36,225 bases of DNA, taken from positions 1 to 36,225 of IMG/VR virus record IMGVR_UViG_3300040801_002332; one strand, given 5' to 3'. Positions 25,338-33,576 of this stretch are shown here, one piece after another. The stretch comes from a virus. The notes beneath the pieces were generated by a model. That model saw only the letters and a list, made by a program, of their open reading frames with translations. It was not told where the DNA came from and made no database searches. The position numbers and the translations under genes were made by a program. Within the stretch, counting starts at the first letter, position 1. The number at the start of each line of letters is the position of its first letter.

Positions 25338-27446
25338 CTAATTTGCTTTATATAGTGTTTTTTTACCCTCTTTGATTTCTTGAATAGAACTGCACTCTAT
25401 TAGTTCATTCAGATAATCAATACGGCTATTCCTAGTCAACCACTTGCTGTTGCGTATAAGCGATGCTTTGCTGATTCCGCTATCGCCGCTGCTACGTATG
25501 ATGGACAATAACCCGTTCTTATCTCGCTCTGTGTTGTTGTCAGCTACATTCTCAGAAACATCTACCAGCAGAGACTCATCGCAGTGGAGGGCTAGCATAC
25601 ACGACCACCGTGCGTGAGCCTCTGTGATTACCGGCTTGTCATGCTCATCTGCAATAGCTGCTATCGTAGCAATTCGCATGGCCTTCTCTACTGTTCTATT
25701 TAGAACATTTGCTAGTTTCTCGCCCGCCTTATCTTGCAGTCGTATAACATGATCCTCTAGTTTACTGAAAACGTTTTGAGCCTCAGTACTCACGCTAACA
25801 GGTACCATTGAGGGACGCTGTTTATAGTCGTCAAATGCAGGTTTGTGTCTAGGTTCCCCTCTTCTTATGTAGAGTAGCGTGTCAGCTAGATGTTGGCTCA
25901 TAGGACGCCATTTTCCTGGTATGCGTTTTTGCCTCCCCTCTTTACTGCGATACACTAGCAATCTGCTAACAAAACCATCTGTTAGTGAACCGCTGCTCAG
26001 AGCGTCATAAAACGCACTTGTAGTTGTCGCACCTAACATAGATACGCCAGGATTGTAGACTGTGAACATGTCGGGTGATAACCCTGCGGTATCCTCCCCT
26101 TTGGTTTCTTTTTTCCGAAATTCACTCACCAGGCTGTAACTCATAGGAGTGTAGCTAGAGACACCTTTACTAAACAATTCCATCAGCGTCGTGAGTGCCT
26201 CAGTCTTGTTTACGTTGCTTCCAGCCGTCGATAGATGCCTACCTAGTTCATCGATTAGCGCTATATGAGCGGGCTGGTATAACAGCTCACTGAGCACCGC
26301 GCCAGCAGATTGATAGCCACCACAATACACGCGGCCTAAACCAGCATCGTCAACAGCGTTTTTCACCGTAGTTATCGCGCTTTCTTTACCGCAACCACTC
26401 TCCCCCAGCACCACGAAAAACATATCTGTGGTGTTACGCTCACTGCTCACGTAGCGTCGAGCAGAGCACACGCTGAACACGGCGAGGGCGCTGATTAACG
26501 CGAAACCAGGCTGATGTTTAGCCTGAATAGATAAGAAATAGTCGTATAACTCTTTTACGCCGCCGGGAATAGCGTTTATAACTTGGCTGAAACTGATGGT
26601 TTCGCCTAGTTTGCTCACCTGTGCTTCTTCTTGCGGTTCCGGTATCTCTACTCGTCCACGCCAACCATTCTCGCGTGCCCAGAAATACAGAGTGTCTGCT
26701 GTCACACCTCCAGAGTTGAATGAGTTCCAGTGTTTTGCGCACACATCAGCACCGCCGTAATTTCTGGCCGTAGCTGACCACGTATCCCATTCATCGAAAA
26801 GACCTGCATCTTTGCAGATCATCCCCGCTTTCACCCACACATCATAATTGCTAGCATCAACATGTTGCAACGCGTCTACAATATCGAGTTTTTCGTTCGC
26901 AGTGTAGCACACGCCGCCATCGACGGCTGCGCTCTCAGATTTTTCTACTCGTTGGATGAGCCAAATAGGCGCTTCTTCTGCCGCATCACCGCATATTACA
27001 TCGTACTCGCCTTTTTCGGTGACTGAGCCTGGCCCAACTACGAAACCACCATCGCCGCGTATATCAACGCCAGCAGCCAGCGATCCTGCGCTGTTAGGGA
27101 TATGACCTGCTATGTCAACAGGATAACTATAATAATAGTGAAATCCGCCGCTTGCTGTTTTGATTGTTAGTGTGTCAGGCGAGTAATCGTTTTCTCTACA
27201 TAGGTCATCCCACGAGTCTACGCCACCGGCCCCATCTTTGACATCAACATCGACAACAAAAATACCACTACGTCTCCCTGTTGCTATGCCGTAACCTGTT
27301 GATCCTACGCCACTAAACAGCGAACGCATCTCCTCTATATCACTAGTTGCCTCTGTTGTCCATCTGCATGCTGGCTCTTTCCCCCCTGGTATCAGTGGGA
27401 ACATATCAAAACCGGCATGAGAAAATGCCTGAATGTATTTTTTCAT
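25338..27446 (-). CDS. Bifunctional primase-polymerase (Prim-Pol) / P-loop helicase
   Basis: N-terminal Prim-Pol motifs (GFDMFPLIPGGKEP, FVVDVDVKDG, GGFHYYY, DIRGDGGFVVGPGS). A PriCT-like segment follows (VWVKAGM...WDTWS...KHWNSF). The C-terminal part carries Walker A (GESGCGKES) and Walker B (LIDELG). Confidence 0.85.
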   Translation of the reverse strand: MKKYIQAFSHAGFDMFPLIPGGKEPACRWTTEATSDIEEMRSLFSGVGSTGYGIATGRRSGIFVVDVDVKDGAGGVDSWDDLCRENDYSPDTLTIKTASGGFHYYYSYPVDIAGHIPNSAGSLAAGVDIRGDGGFVVGPGSVTEKGEYDVICGDAAEEAPIWLIQRVEKSESAAVDGGVCYTANEKLDIVDALQHVDASNYDVWVKAGMICKDAGLFDEWDTWSATARNYGGADVCAKHWNSFNSGGVTADTLYFWARENGWRGRVEIPEPQEEAQVSKLGETISFSQVINAIPGGVKELYDYFLSIQAKHQPGFALISALAVFSVCSARRYVSSERNTTDMFFVVLGESGCGKESAITTVKNAVDDAGLGRVYCGGYQSAGAVLSELLYQPAHIALIDELGRHLSTAGSNVNKTEALTTLMELFSKGVSSYTPMSYSLVSEFRKKETKGEDTAGLSPDMFTVYNPGVSMLGATTTSAFYDALSSGSLTDGFVSRLLVYRSKEGRQKRIPGKWRPMSQHLADTLLYIRRGEPRHKPAFDDYKQRPSMVPVSVSTEAQNVFSKLEDHVIRLQDKAGEKLANVLNRTVEKAMRIATIAAIADEHDKPVITEAHARWSCMLALHCDESLLVDVSENVADNNTERDKNGLLSIIRSSGDSGISKASLIRNSKWLTRNSRIDYLNELIECSSIQEIKEGKKTLYKAN

Positions 27447-27844
27447 ATGCCCGTGCCATCATCTAGTTGATGTGTTTTAGCATAGTGTCTAACGAATTCT
27501 AACCCTAGGCAGGCTCTACCCGTTAGGTGCCTACGCTCCCCATTATAGCCGTGTTCTTTTGCTAGGTCCCACCGCTTACACCCGTCAGGACCAGCAAACA
27601 TCCCCATCAGAGCAGCATATAGCTGCTCATCAAAACGTTTCAATGCGCTCATACATTTCTCAGCAGCCCACACCTCTTTAGTTGGTGGGGTATCTGGGTT
27701 AGTTGCCGGTATGATGTCTCCACTCTGCATTAGTTTACACTCAATCCCTATTGATTTAAACCACTGCGGGTAGCAGTTACTGTCATCGAGTGTCCAGTAG
27801 TACCACGTTTTTAGCTCGCTGAATAGTTTTAAATAACTCATCAT
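27443..27844 (-). CDS. Hypothetical protein (133 aa); weak resemblance to small Q-type antiterminators
   Basis: N-terminal W..W pattern (LKTWYYW) and a C-terminal helical segment (LYAALMGMFAG...LAKEHGY...GRACLGLEFV) recall short Q-like proteins. Not conclusive. Confidence 0.4.
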   Translation of the reverse strand: MMSYLKLFSELKTWYYWTLDDSNCYPQWFKSIGIECKLMQSGDIIPATNPDTPPTKEVWAAEKCMSALKRFDEQLYAALMGMFAGPDGCKRWDLAKEHGYNGERRHLTGRACLGLEFVRHYAKTHQLDDGTGI

Positions 27845-28371
27845 GATTCATCCACATCGAACGTTACAAGGACGGGAAGCCCTAGCGCGAAATCACCGCC
27901 TAACAATACATATTTTGTTTTGTCATATACGTACCGCTGTATTCTGACCTCCTCCCCGCCTTCCGTCATAGCGCTGACGGGTTTCATACCCGCCGGGACT
28001 ACGTAAGTGCCGTAAGAAAATGGAACCCTTTGGAAATACCACCCCCTGGTGTTTGTTTCGGTTTTCTCGCAATCTCTAACTAAAGCTACGCCCAACACCA
28101 TATAATTAAGGATGTCCATAAAGGCATCCTCTACACCCTCATTCTCTACCTTAAGCTCGCCTTTGTCGCAGAATGAGTTGATGCGCCCGATTTTATCCAT
28201 AACCCGCAGCAACAACCCCTTAACAGGGTGGATGCCAATAGCGCTAGCGCCGTCTTTGAAGTTGCTCAGCGCGTCATTCTCGCGCGAGTAGTCGTGATTT
28301 TTCGTCTTCATAATGTTTAGGCACGTAGTCGTGAGCCCCTCATGCAACTCAAGCAATTCCGCGGTATTCAT
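27841..28371 (-). CDS. MazG-like / DUF1599-like all-alpha NTP pyrophosphohydrolase domain fused to an unknown beta-rich C-terminal domain
   Basis: KNHDY...SNF...RVMDKIGRI...EDAFMDILNY motif string in residues 20-100. Residues ~105-176 are unrelated and strand-rich. Confidence 0.55.
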   Translation of the reverse strand: MNTAELLELHEGLTTTCLNIMKTKNHDYSRENDALSNFKDGASAIGIHPVKGLLLRVMDKIGRINSFCDKGELKVENEGVEDAFMDILNYMVLGVALVRDCEKTETNTRGWYFQRVPFSYGTYVVPAGMKPVSAMTEGGEEVRIQRYVYDKTKYVLLGGDFALGLPVLVTFDVDES

Positions 28372-29111
28372 GAATACATCCTCTTTATGCGTTCTAGGCT
28401 CACCAGTTCCAAATCATACTCACCGTCATGGACATCATGCAGCATTGCACACCCCTGGAAATGATTCTGATCCTGAGGCCCACGGTACTCCTCATCATGC
28501 TCATAACAGCTACCTAATACTAGTCCATGTAACGTTTTCCCGTTTTTGAGTGGTTCCTGAGCGTAGCCCACACCCTGCTGATGACCCATAACGAAACTCA
28601 TTTTCAATTTATTCAGTTTGTTCTGGGGAGTACCGCCTATCGCACCTTTAGCATTAGGGTTAGCGAAATAGTGGCTAAATGTTATACCCTCTATAACTAG
28701 CTGATGTAAAAACTCATGCCGCTGCCAACCATTTCGCTCAATATAAAACCAGCGTTTCGGGTCTAACGCACCATGTAGCTGTGGGTCCGCTTCCATTGCT
28801 GTCGCGCATCTACCGCCGTCATGATTGCCAAGTAGCATATGTAATTCAGGGTCGTACCCATCCGCCTCGAGTATGGGTTTGGATAAACGAGCAAGAGCGT
28901 CGTTACCTGCTTTCGTATCGAGAACGAAACGCCTTCCCTCAATTTTTTTACGCCATTTGTCGTAGATGCTGAGGCTAGGCATATCCCAAAAATCACCCAG
29001 GTTTACGACGATCTCGGGTTGGTGATCTACGATATAGTAGCCTATATATTCCAGGAAAAGCGTGTCATCTTCAGGCCGTATCTGATTGTCTCCAATAACA
29101 AATATATTCAT
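28368..29111 (-). CDS. Calcineurin-like metallophosphoesterase
   Basis: Motifs VIGDNQ, NLGDFWD, LLGNHD, later His residues and GH (VMGHQQG). Confidence 0.75.
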   Translation of the reverse strand: MNIFVIGDNQIRPEDDTLFLEYIGYYIVDHQPEIVVNLGDFWDMPSLSIYDKWRKKIEGRRFVLDTKAGNDALARLSKPILEADGYDPELHMLLGNHDGGRCATAMEADPQLHGALDPKRWFYIERNGWQRHEFLHQLVIEGITFSHYFANPNAKGAIGGTPQNKLNKLKMSFVMGHQQGVGYAQEPLKNGKTLHGLVLGSCYEHDEEYRGPQDQNHFQGCAMLHDVHDGEYDLELVSLERIKRMYS

Positions 29112-29276
29112 CTAGCGCATCTCCTTGTTTGCTCTACGCGTCATTTTGACGGCATTAAAAAACACTAACGCGCCCAGCATATACTCTGGCCGCATGTACG
29201 TACCTATCACTATTCCTACATTTATACCTATCACTATCACAAAAACAACAGTTAATATTTTTTCTGCTGCGTGCAT
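29112..29276 (-). CDS. Small two-TM membrane protein (54 aa)
   Basis: The ATG at 29276 overlaps the stop of the upstream micro-ORF (TGATG). Hydrophobic segments ILTVVFVIVIGINVGIVIG and LGALVFFNAV. The track's longer form starts at 29297. Confidence 0.5.
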   Translation of the reverse strand: MHAAEKILTVVFVIVIGINVGIVIGTYMRPEYMLGALVFFNAVKMTRRANKEMR

Positions 29277-29350
29277 CACGAACCTCCACCGTAACACGCA
29301 ACTAACAGCGCGGCTGTCAACATTACTGCAATCATTAGATCGTATTCCAT
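29276..29350 (-). CDS. Micro-ORF encoding a 24-aa hydrophobic peptide
   Basis: MEYDLMIAVMLTAALLVACYGGGS*. Preceded by AGAGGG 8 nt upstream and coupled to the next ORF. Confidence 0.3.
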   Translation of the reverse strand: MEYDLMIAVMLTAALLVACYGGGS

Positions 29351-29384
29351 TGTATTACCCTCTATTGTTGTTAAAACTCTCGAA

Positions 29385-29858
29385 TTAATGCCCTACATAC
29401 TCATAGCCGTACTCTGCCAGTAGCGCGGCCTCAGCTCTGTTGTGGTCTTTTACTCTTTTAAACCTTTTGTCGTCGTTATATAGTTTTCTCACTAGATTCA
29501 AACTAGTGGATTTGTCGCTACTTAGCCCATATCGTGTCTTCCATGTTTTCGGTGGCACTGTTACGTATCTATCGGCTACCAGATACATGAGGGCCTCTAA
29601 TACGCCGAATGAGCGCATCAGTTTCCCGAATGATACTACGTGTCTAGCGTCTCCTGGCGTCGCCTGTATGCGCTCTATGACTGCCAAATCTATATGGTAC
29701 TGGGATAGCTTCCACGAAATCTCGCGTATGTCAAGGATCTTATGGTTGCCCTCGACTACTAATGGAAAATCAATAACGTCAATCAGTTGCCGCTTCTTCC
29801 CGAAATTTATAACTGCGACAGCCCCTGTCAACCCTGGGTCTACTCCTGCGATAATCAT
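29385..29858 (-). CDS. RuvC-like Holliday junction resolvase
   Basis: MIIAGVDPGLTGAVAV (catalytic Asp), DLAVIERI (Glu), and a C-terminal ...DHNRAEAALLAEYG. Confidence 0.8.
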   Translation of the reverse strand: MIIAGVDPGLTGAVAVINFGKKRQLIDVIDFPLVVEGNHKILDIREISWKLSQYHIDLAVIERIQATPGDARHVVSFGKLMRSFGVLEALMYLVADRYVTVPPKTWKTRYGLSSDKSTSLNLVRKLYNDDKRFKRVKDHNRAEAALLAEYGYEYVGH

Positions 29859-30052
29859 GGTATTATACCCCAGTCAAAAAACGCATCGTCATCAGATTCC
29901 TCTAGAGTTTCAACTCGCTCGCATCCTCGCATGACCCAAATACGGGGTGGCGCATTGACTGTTACAGCATTAGACCTGTTTACCCGTCGTAACTGTACGC
30001 CACAATACGCGAACTCCTGGTTATCCACTAACTCGGTGTATAGTTTTTTCAT
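29855..30052 (-). CDS. Hypothetical protein (65 aa)
   Basis: ATGA-coupled on both sides within the early operon. Confidence 0.5.
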   Translation of the reverse strand: MKKLYTELVDNQEFAYCGVQLRRVNRSNAVTVNAPPRIWVMRGCERVETLEESDDDAFFDWGIIP

Positions 30053-30258
30053 TCTAGTTTACCTCGCTCTAGTTCAATTTCCCAATCTGCCATGATTTGG
30101 TTCTCTAGATCGCTGTACAGATGTTCTATTTTCATCTGAATGTAATCAGCATCTGCCAGCAGTTGCTCGTCGATGTATTCTCGTGCATCAATCAGATACT
30201 CGCCCGCCTCTGTTATAGCTCGTAGAGCGGTAGTCATTTTCTCTATAGCTAAGCTCAT
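30049..30258 (-). CDS. Hypothetical, very acidic helical protein (69 aa)
   Basis: 17 Asp/Glu against 6 Lys/Arg by my count. ATGA-coupled. Confidence 0.5.
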   Translation of the reverse strand: MSLAIEKMTTALRAITEAGEYLIDAREYIDEQLLADADYIQMKIEHLYSDLENQIMADWEIELERGKLE

Positions 30259-30866
30259 TTCTGCATAACCTCTTTAATCTGTTCGTAATTCAATCCTGCT
30301 TTAACTAACCCTATCATCTGACCTGTCATGCTGTTCAGTTTATGCAATCTAGGGTCGTGGTTCTCTAGCATCGAGTCACGCACTGGCCCAAACTCTTTCT
30401 TGTATTGTGTGGCGGATACGCCTGTCACTGCCTTACATACCAAGTTGGCGAGGCTGGCGTAAGCGAACCTAGCATTGAGTTGCAACGAGTTGATGTTTGC
30501 ATCAACCGCTTCTTGAAACGTTACCCAATCCTCTCGCATGAACTGCCTAACATCTGCCAAGGCTTCGGCTTCGGCGGCTAGCTTGTCGCCTTCCTTGATG
30601 TCGCCATTCTTGTAAGCTAACCAAGAGTTGATTACCTTCTGTCTTAGCTCAGGCTTGTAACCGGTGATCAGCAAGTACAGATCATTTTCGCCCATTAGGT
30701 ATTCAGTTCTCAACTGGCCCTGCTTATCTGCGTATGACCCCGGCTCAAAAGTGAGCCCGCTGACTTCTTGATTATTAAGAAGTTTTTCTATATCACGTAT
30801 TACATTTTTGTGTATCTTGCCTGTAACCTCAGCTACTTTTCTGCTAGTGTACTTTAGTTCACTCAT
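30255..30866 (-). CDS. Rha-family phage regulatory protein (antirepressor-like)
   Basis: N-terminal TSRKVAEVTGKIHKNVIRDIEKLL...Y.DKQGQ...YL...LLITGY...LR..VI..W is the Rha-domain signature. Confidence 0.8.
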   Translation of the reverse strand: MSELKYTSRKVAEVTGKIHKNVIRDIEKLLNNQEVSGLTFEPGSYADKQGQLRTEYLMGENDLYLLITGYKPELRQKVINSWLAYKNGDIKEGDKLAAEAEALADVRQFMREDWVTFQEAVDANINSLQLNARFAYASLANLVCKAVTGVSATQYKKEFGPVRDSMLENHDPRLHKLNSMTGQMIGLVKAGLNYEQIKEVMQK

Positions 30867-31030
30867 TTCATTCTCCTATTCAGTAGTTCGTTACTATCTA
30901 GAATCCAGTATCCCATCTCCTTACCTACACTCTTATTCATTTCAGCAGCCTGTGATGGCTCCATGTCTAACGTATCGCCGGCTTTATTGGTATACGGAAG
31001 AATAAATCTGTTAGCCTGTTCCCGTTTCAT
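30863..31030 (-). CDS. Hypothetical protein (55 aa), not in the ORF track
   Basis: ATG at 31030. Translates MKREQANRFILPYTNKAGDTLDMEPSQAAEMNKSVGKEMGYWILDSNELLNRRMK*. Its stop forms an ATGA overlap with the Rha gene start. Confidence 0.5.
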   Translation of the reverse strand: MKREQANRFILPYTNKAGDTLDMEPSQAAEMNKSVGKEMGYWILDSNELLNRRMK

Positions 31031-31037
31031 GTCGCCC

Positions 31038-31214
31038 CTAATTAGTTAGTGTCATCTGGAAAACATCATCGTATCCGATACTCGCATTTACTCTACGAGC
31101 ATTCTCTGCTCGCAATCTAATAGCATCGATAGCGTCCATATAATCGTCTCGAACTCTAGTGATCCGCTTTTTGCCCTCGTTGTTAGCATCAACATAATAA
31201 AAATTATCAATCAT
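31038..31214 (-). CDS. Candidate ribbon-helix-helix DNA-binding protein (58 aa), not in the ORF track
   Basis: ATG at 31214 with GAGGA upstream. The protein is MIDNFYYVDANNEGKKRITRVRDDYMDAIDAIRLRAENARRVNASIGYDDVFQMTLTN*. The KKRITRVR strand followed by two helices mirrors CopG/omega-type RHH layout. Confidence 0.45.
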   Translation of the reverse strand: MIDNFYYVDANNEGKKRITRVRDDYMDAIDAIRLRAENARRVNASIGYDDVFQMTLTN

Positions 31215-31295
31215 TTTCGTATCCTCAGTTAATTTGTTTGTTCGTTCAGCATGGGAGTAGTGTCTCGTACTATAGGCTGCCTGTCAACCCTTTTT

Positions 31296-31514
31296 TCACT
31301 CTTGCACGTCATCCCTAACATCACCCTGGCTTAATACAAGCCTCCAACCGTCCCATATTTCGCTTTTAACCTCGCCCTCGTGTGTCAGTATACCATACGC
31401 CTGTAGGGCCGCTATAACCACTCCAACCGTACCTAGGGAGGGGTCCTCCTCTTTGCTTGGTAGCATTTCATGCCGCACGCTATTATCCTTGAAATTCACC
31501 GCAGTCACACGCAT
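31296..31514 (-). CDS. Hypothetical protein (72 aa)
   Basis: ATG start, overlapping the upstream gene by 10 nt. Confidence 0.5.
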   Translation of the reverse strand: MRVTAVNFKDNSVRHEMLPSKEEDPSLGTVGVVIAALQAYGILTHEGEVKSEIWDGWRLVLSQGDVRDDVQE

Positions 31515-31792
31515 GATGTTTGCCCGCGCATCAGCTCAATCAGTACACCTGCCCGTCGAAAATCGAACCGCATTAGTACATTCTTCTTAGCTCGATACAG
31601 CTCTAACCCATCGTAGCTGTTGTTGCATGTCGCTGTGTCTAGCGGGTCCACATTAAACAGCATAGAAGCAGCGTCAATGACGTAATCATGATCCATCGTT
31701 AGCCACTCTGCTAACTCTACGCTAGTGATGACATAGCCGCAGTCATACGCTGCGGCATTACGTAAAAAGTCTGGATACTCAACTGTGTACAT
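31505..31792 (-). CDS. Hypothetical protein (95 aa)
   Basis: ATG start in an operon-packed position. Confidence 0.5.
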   Translation of the reverse strand: MYTVEYPDFLRNAAAYDCGYVITSVELAEWLTMDHDYVIDAASMLFNVDPLDTATCNNSYDGLELYRAKKNVLMRFDFRRAGVLIELMRGQTSCV

Positions 31793-31961
31793 TGTTCGTA
31801 CTCGCTCTTGTTTGCTCTATCGGAACAAGGGTCACAAACCACCGGGTATATTTCGCGAAAGCCTGGGCATTCTTGCGGGAATAGAAGAATTTAGGTTGCC
31901 CGTCTATGTCTGTAACCCTCCAAATAGCGCCTTTAGGTGCGAAATCTTGTAATACTTTCAT
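31779..31961 (-). CDS. Hypothetical protein (60 aa)
   Basis: ATG start in an operon-packed position. Confidence 0.45.
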   Translation of the reverse strand: MKVLQDFAPKGAIWRVTDIDGQPKFFYSRKNAQAFAKYTRWFVTLVPIEQTRASTNNVHS

Positions 31962-31972
31962 GATGTTATCCT

Positions 31973-32521
31973 CTAGTGAAAACGTTTGGTCATCGGTACT
32001 GCACGTCGTTTCATAAACGGCAATTCTCCCACAATCCTGTTTGGCCGGGCCTTACTAGACTCAGCGTAAAACTTAGTCACCCAATCCAAACCTTTAGGCG
32101 TCCATCTAATACTACTATATCCTTCCTTGTTTGTCACTACCTTGCATAGACCTTGGTCAATTAAATGCTGCTTTGGTAGCGCGTTATGTCTGAATACATG
32201 GTCATGAGCGCGTAACCGGCCTAGTAAGCGCTTTACGCCTGCGCCTACACTCTTGGCTGCCACTGCATTACTAAACATTCCGTCTGAATCCATCAAAGCC
32301 TGAAAGCTTTTCACTTTAGGCGCGTCAGCTTCTAGTTTCTCTGCCTGCCGCGTATTGATGTCTGTAAGCTGTTTATTCTCGCGCTCCTTATCTAGTGCAA
32401 TCTGCAACGCCTGTTCAAGTGTGAACTCGATTTTAGGTTGCGCCACTTGCTGCTCTAACTCTTGCCACCTCTGTATGACTGCATTCCGTAATTTTATGCT
32501 GTAACCTGTCACTAGAGTCAT
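31973..32521 (-). CDS. KilAC-domain antirepressor-like protein lacking its N-terminal DNA-binding domain
   Basis: The C-terminal ...AAKSVGAGVKRLLGRLRAHDHVF....PKQHLIDQGL......G......TPKGLDW pattern fits KilAC. The first 25 aa are the tail end of a Rha-type domain. Confidence 0.7.
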   Translation of the reverse strand: MTLVTGYSIKLRNAVIQRWQELEQQVAQPKIEFTLEQALQIALDKERENKQLTDINTRQAEKLEADAPKVKSFQALMDSDGMFSNAVAAKSVGAGVKRLLGRLRAHDHVFRHNALPKQHLIDQGLCKVVTNKEGYSSIRWTPKGLDWVTKFYAESSKARPNRIVGELPFMKRRAVPMTKRFH

Positions 32522-32623
32522 GACTAACTCTTTGTCCAGATATATAGCATTAGTTTGACCGTTATCCTTCCTATACTCTATAGAAAATCCTTTATAATCA
32601 ACAGGGTCCAGTTTTGGGCCCTG
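32522..32623 (-). pseudogene. In-frame 5' remnant of a Rha-type domain upstream of the KilAC gene ATG
   Basis: The frame is open for 34 codons above the ATG and reads QGPKLDPVDYKGFSIEYRKDNGQTNAIYLDKELV. It is paralogous to FEPGSYADKQGQLRTEYLMGENDLY of the 203-aa Rha protein. It is closed by a TGA at 32626..32624, with no ATG or GTG inside. Confidence 0.55.
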
Positions 32624-32738
32624 TCACTTACGTCGTTATCGCGTTTACCCTGCTCGCCTTCAAAAATATACACTCTTGTCTTCTTGTTTGGGCTAAGTGA
32701 CTGATTATCCTCAACTTCCTCAAATTGAGGGAGTTGAA

Positions 32739-32873
32739 TCACCCACTCTGCTTGTTTCGGTTAGTCTCGTAGTAGTCAATGATGGATACAATCACTAGCG
32801 ATGCTGTAACCGCCACTACTACCGATAGGGCCCAAACCGCAATCATCAATAATGCCACTATAATGTCTGTCAT
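32739..32873 (-). CDS. Small membrane protein (44 aa), not in the ORF track
   Basis: The ATG at 32873 directly follows the upstream stop (TAAATG). Translates MTDIIVALLMIAVWALSVVVAVTASLVIVSIIDYYETNRNKQSG*. Confidence 0.45.
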   Translation of the reverse strand: MTDIIVALLMIAVWALSVVVAVTASLVIVSIIDYYETNRNKQSG

Positions 32874-33083
32874 TTATCTACCTTTTATCAATCGTTTAAT
32901 GTAGGACCCTTGGGCCAACCTGTCGTACTTCTTGTTAAACCTAGCGTTACCTATTGCGTAGTCGTATTCCTCCCTAAATTCACCTGTCATGAGCGCCCCA
33001 AGCGCGAATCTTGCTAATATGAAGACTAAGTACTGTGAGCCTAACAGAATGGATAACTCAGCTATTGTCATTAAAATGTTCAT
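32874..33083 (-). CDS. Small membrane protein (69 aa)
   Basis: Hydrophobic N-terminal half (ILLGSQYLVFILARFALGALM) and basic C-terminus. Confidence 0.5.
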   Translation of the reverse strand: MNILMTIAELSILLGSQYLVFILARFALGALMTGEFREEYDYAIGNARFNKKYDRLAQGSYIKRLIKGR

Positions 33084-33531
33084 CGTAGAATCCTTGAATC
33101 AGTGTAGTGTAGTCTGTGTACTCGTTTACTTCTTTGCTGTCATGGTTTAAATGATACATCGCTGCATTCTCATTGTCAATGATTTTCTGCTGTAATTCCA
33201 CCCATTTTTTAGGCTCTGCTCTGATAGCGTCCAACATAGCCTGGATACGTGCCGCGTTGCGCTTGCGTACTTTCGCTTGAATCTCAGTGATGCTAGGCGC
33301 TTTGTACATCGCTTTGATACGGTCAGCAGTGTATTTAGCGCTGACAGGGGCCATTTCAGCCGCTCCTAGGTCACTCTTACTGCCGGTACCCTTCTTGTAA
33401 TACTCGGCTTGTTTGGCCGCGTTGGCTCGTTTAATGGCATTTACTTTGGCTCTTTGCTCATACGTATAATCATAATCAACTAGCTGGGATTTGCGTGCCA
33501 TAATTGCTTGATTTTCTCTTGTCGCTCTCAT
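33058..33531 (-). CDS. First early gene product (157 aa), basic helical, unknown function
   Basis: ATG at 33531 preceded by AGGAG, about 40 nt downstream of the early promoter. Confidence 0.6.
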   Translation of the reverse strand: MRATRENQAIMARKSQLVDYDYTYEQRAKVNAIKRANAAKQAEYYKKGTGSKSDLGAAEMAPVSAKYTADRIKAMYKAPSITEIQAKVRKRNAARIQAMLDAIRAEPKKWVELQQKIIDNENAAMYHLNHDSKEVNEYTDYTTLIQGFYDEHFNDNS

Positions 33532-33576
33532 TTTTAGTGCTCCTGGTTGTTTGTGTGTACTGCTCTGACAATTCGA

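Noticed and set aside
29276-29350. The 24-aa peptide as a genuine lipoprotein (LVAC lipobox).
   Set aside because: The n-region is acidic (MEYD) rather than basic, and the mature part would be only 6 residues. It is kept only as a hydrophobic micro-ORF.
30808-31005. 65-aa plus-strand ORF overlapping the Rha gene start and the 55-aa minus-strand gene.
   Set aside because: It lies opposite two coupled minus-strand genes with good RBSs, and has no promoter or RBS of its own.
32578-32742. GTG-started 54-aa ORF (MIQLPQFEEVEDNQSLSPNKKTRVYIFEGEQGKRDN...) filling the gap upstream of the KilAC gene.
   Set aside because: It has a non-ATG start and no clear RBS beyond GTGA coupling, and a hairpin lies inside it. 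It is plausibly decayed sequence next to the truncated antirepressor. It is left uncalled.
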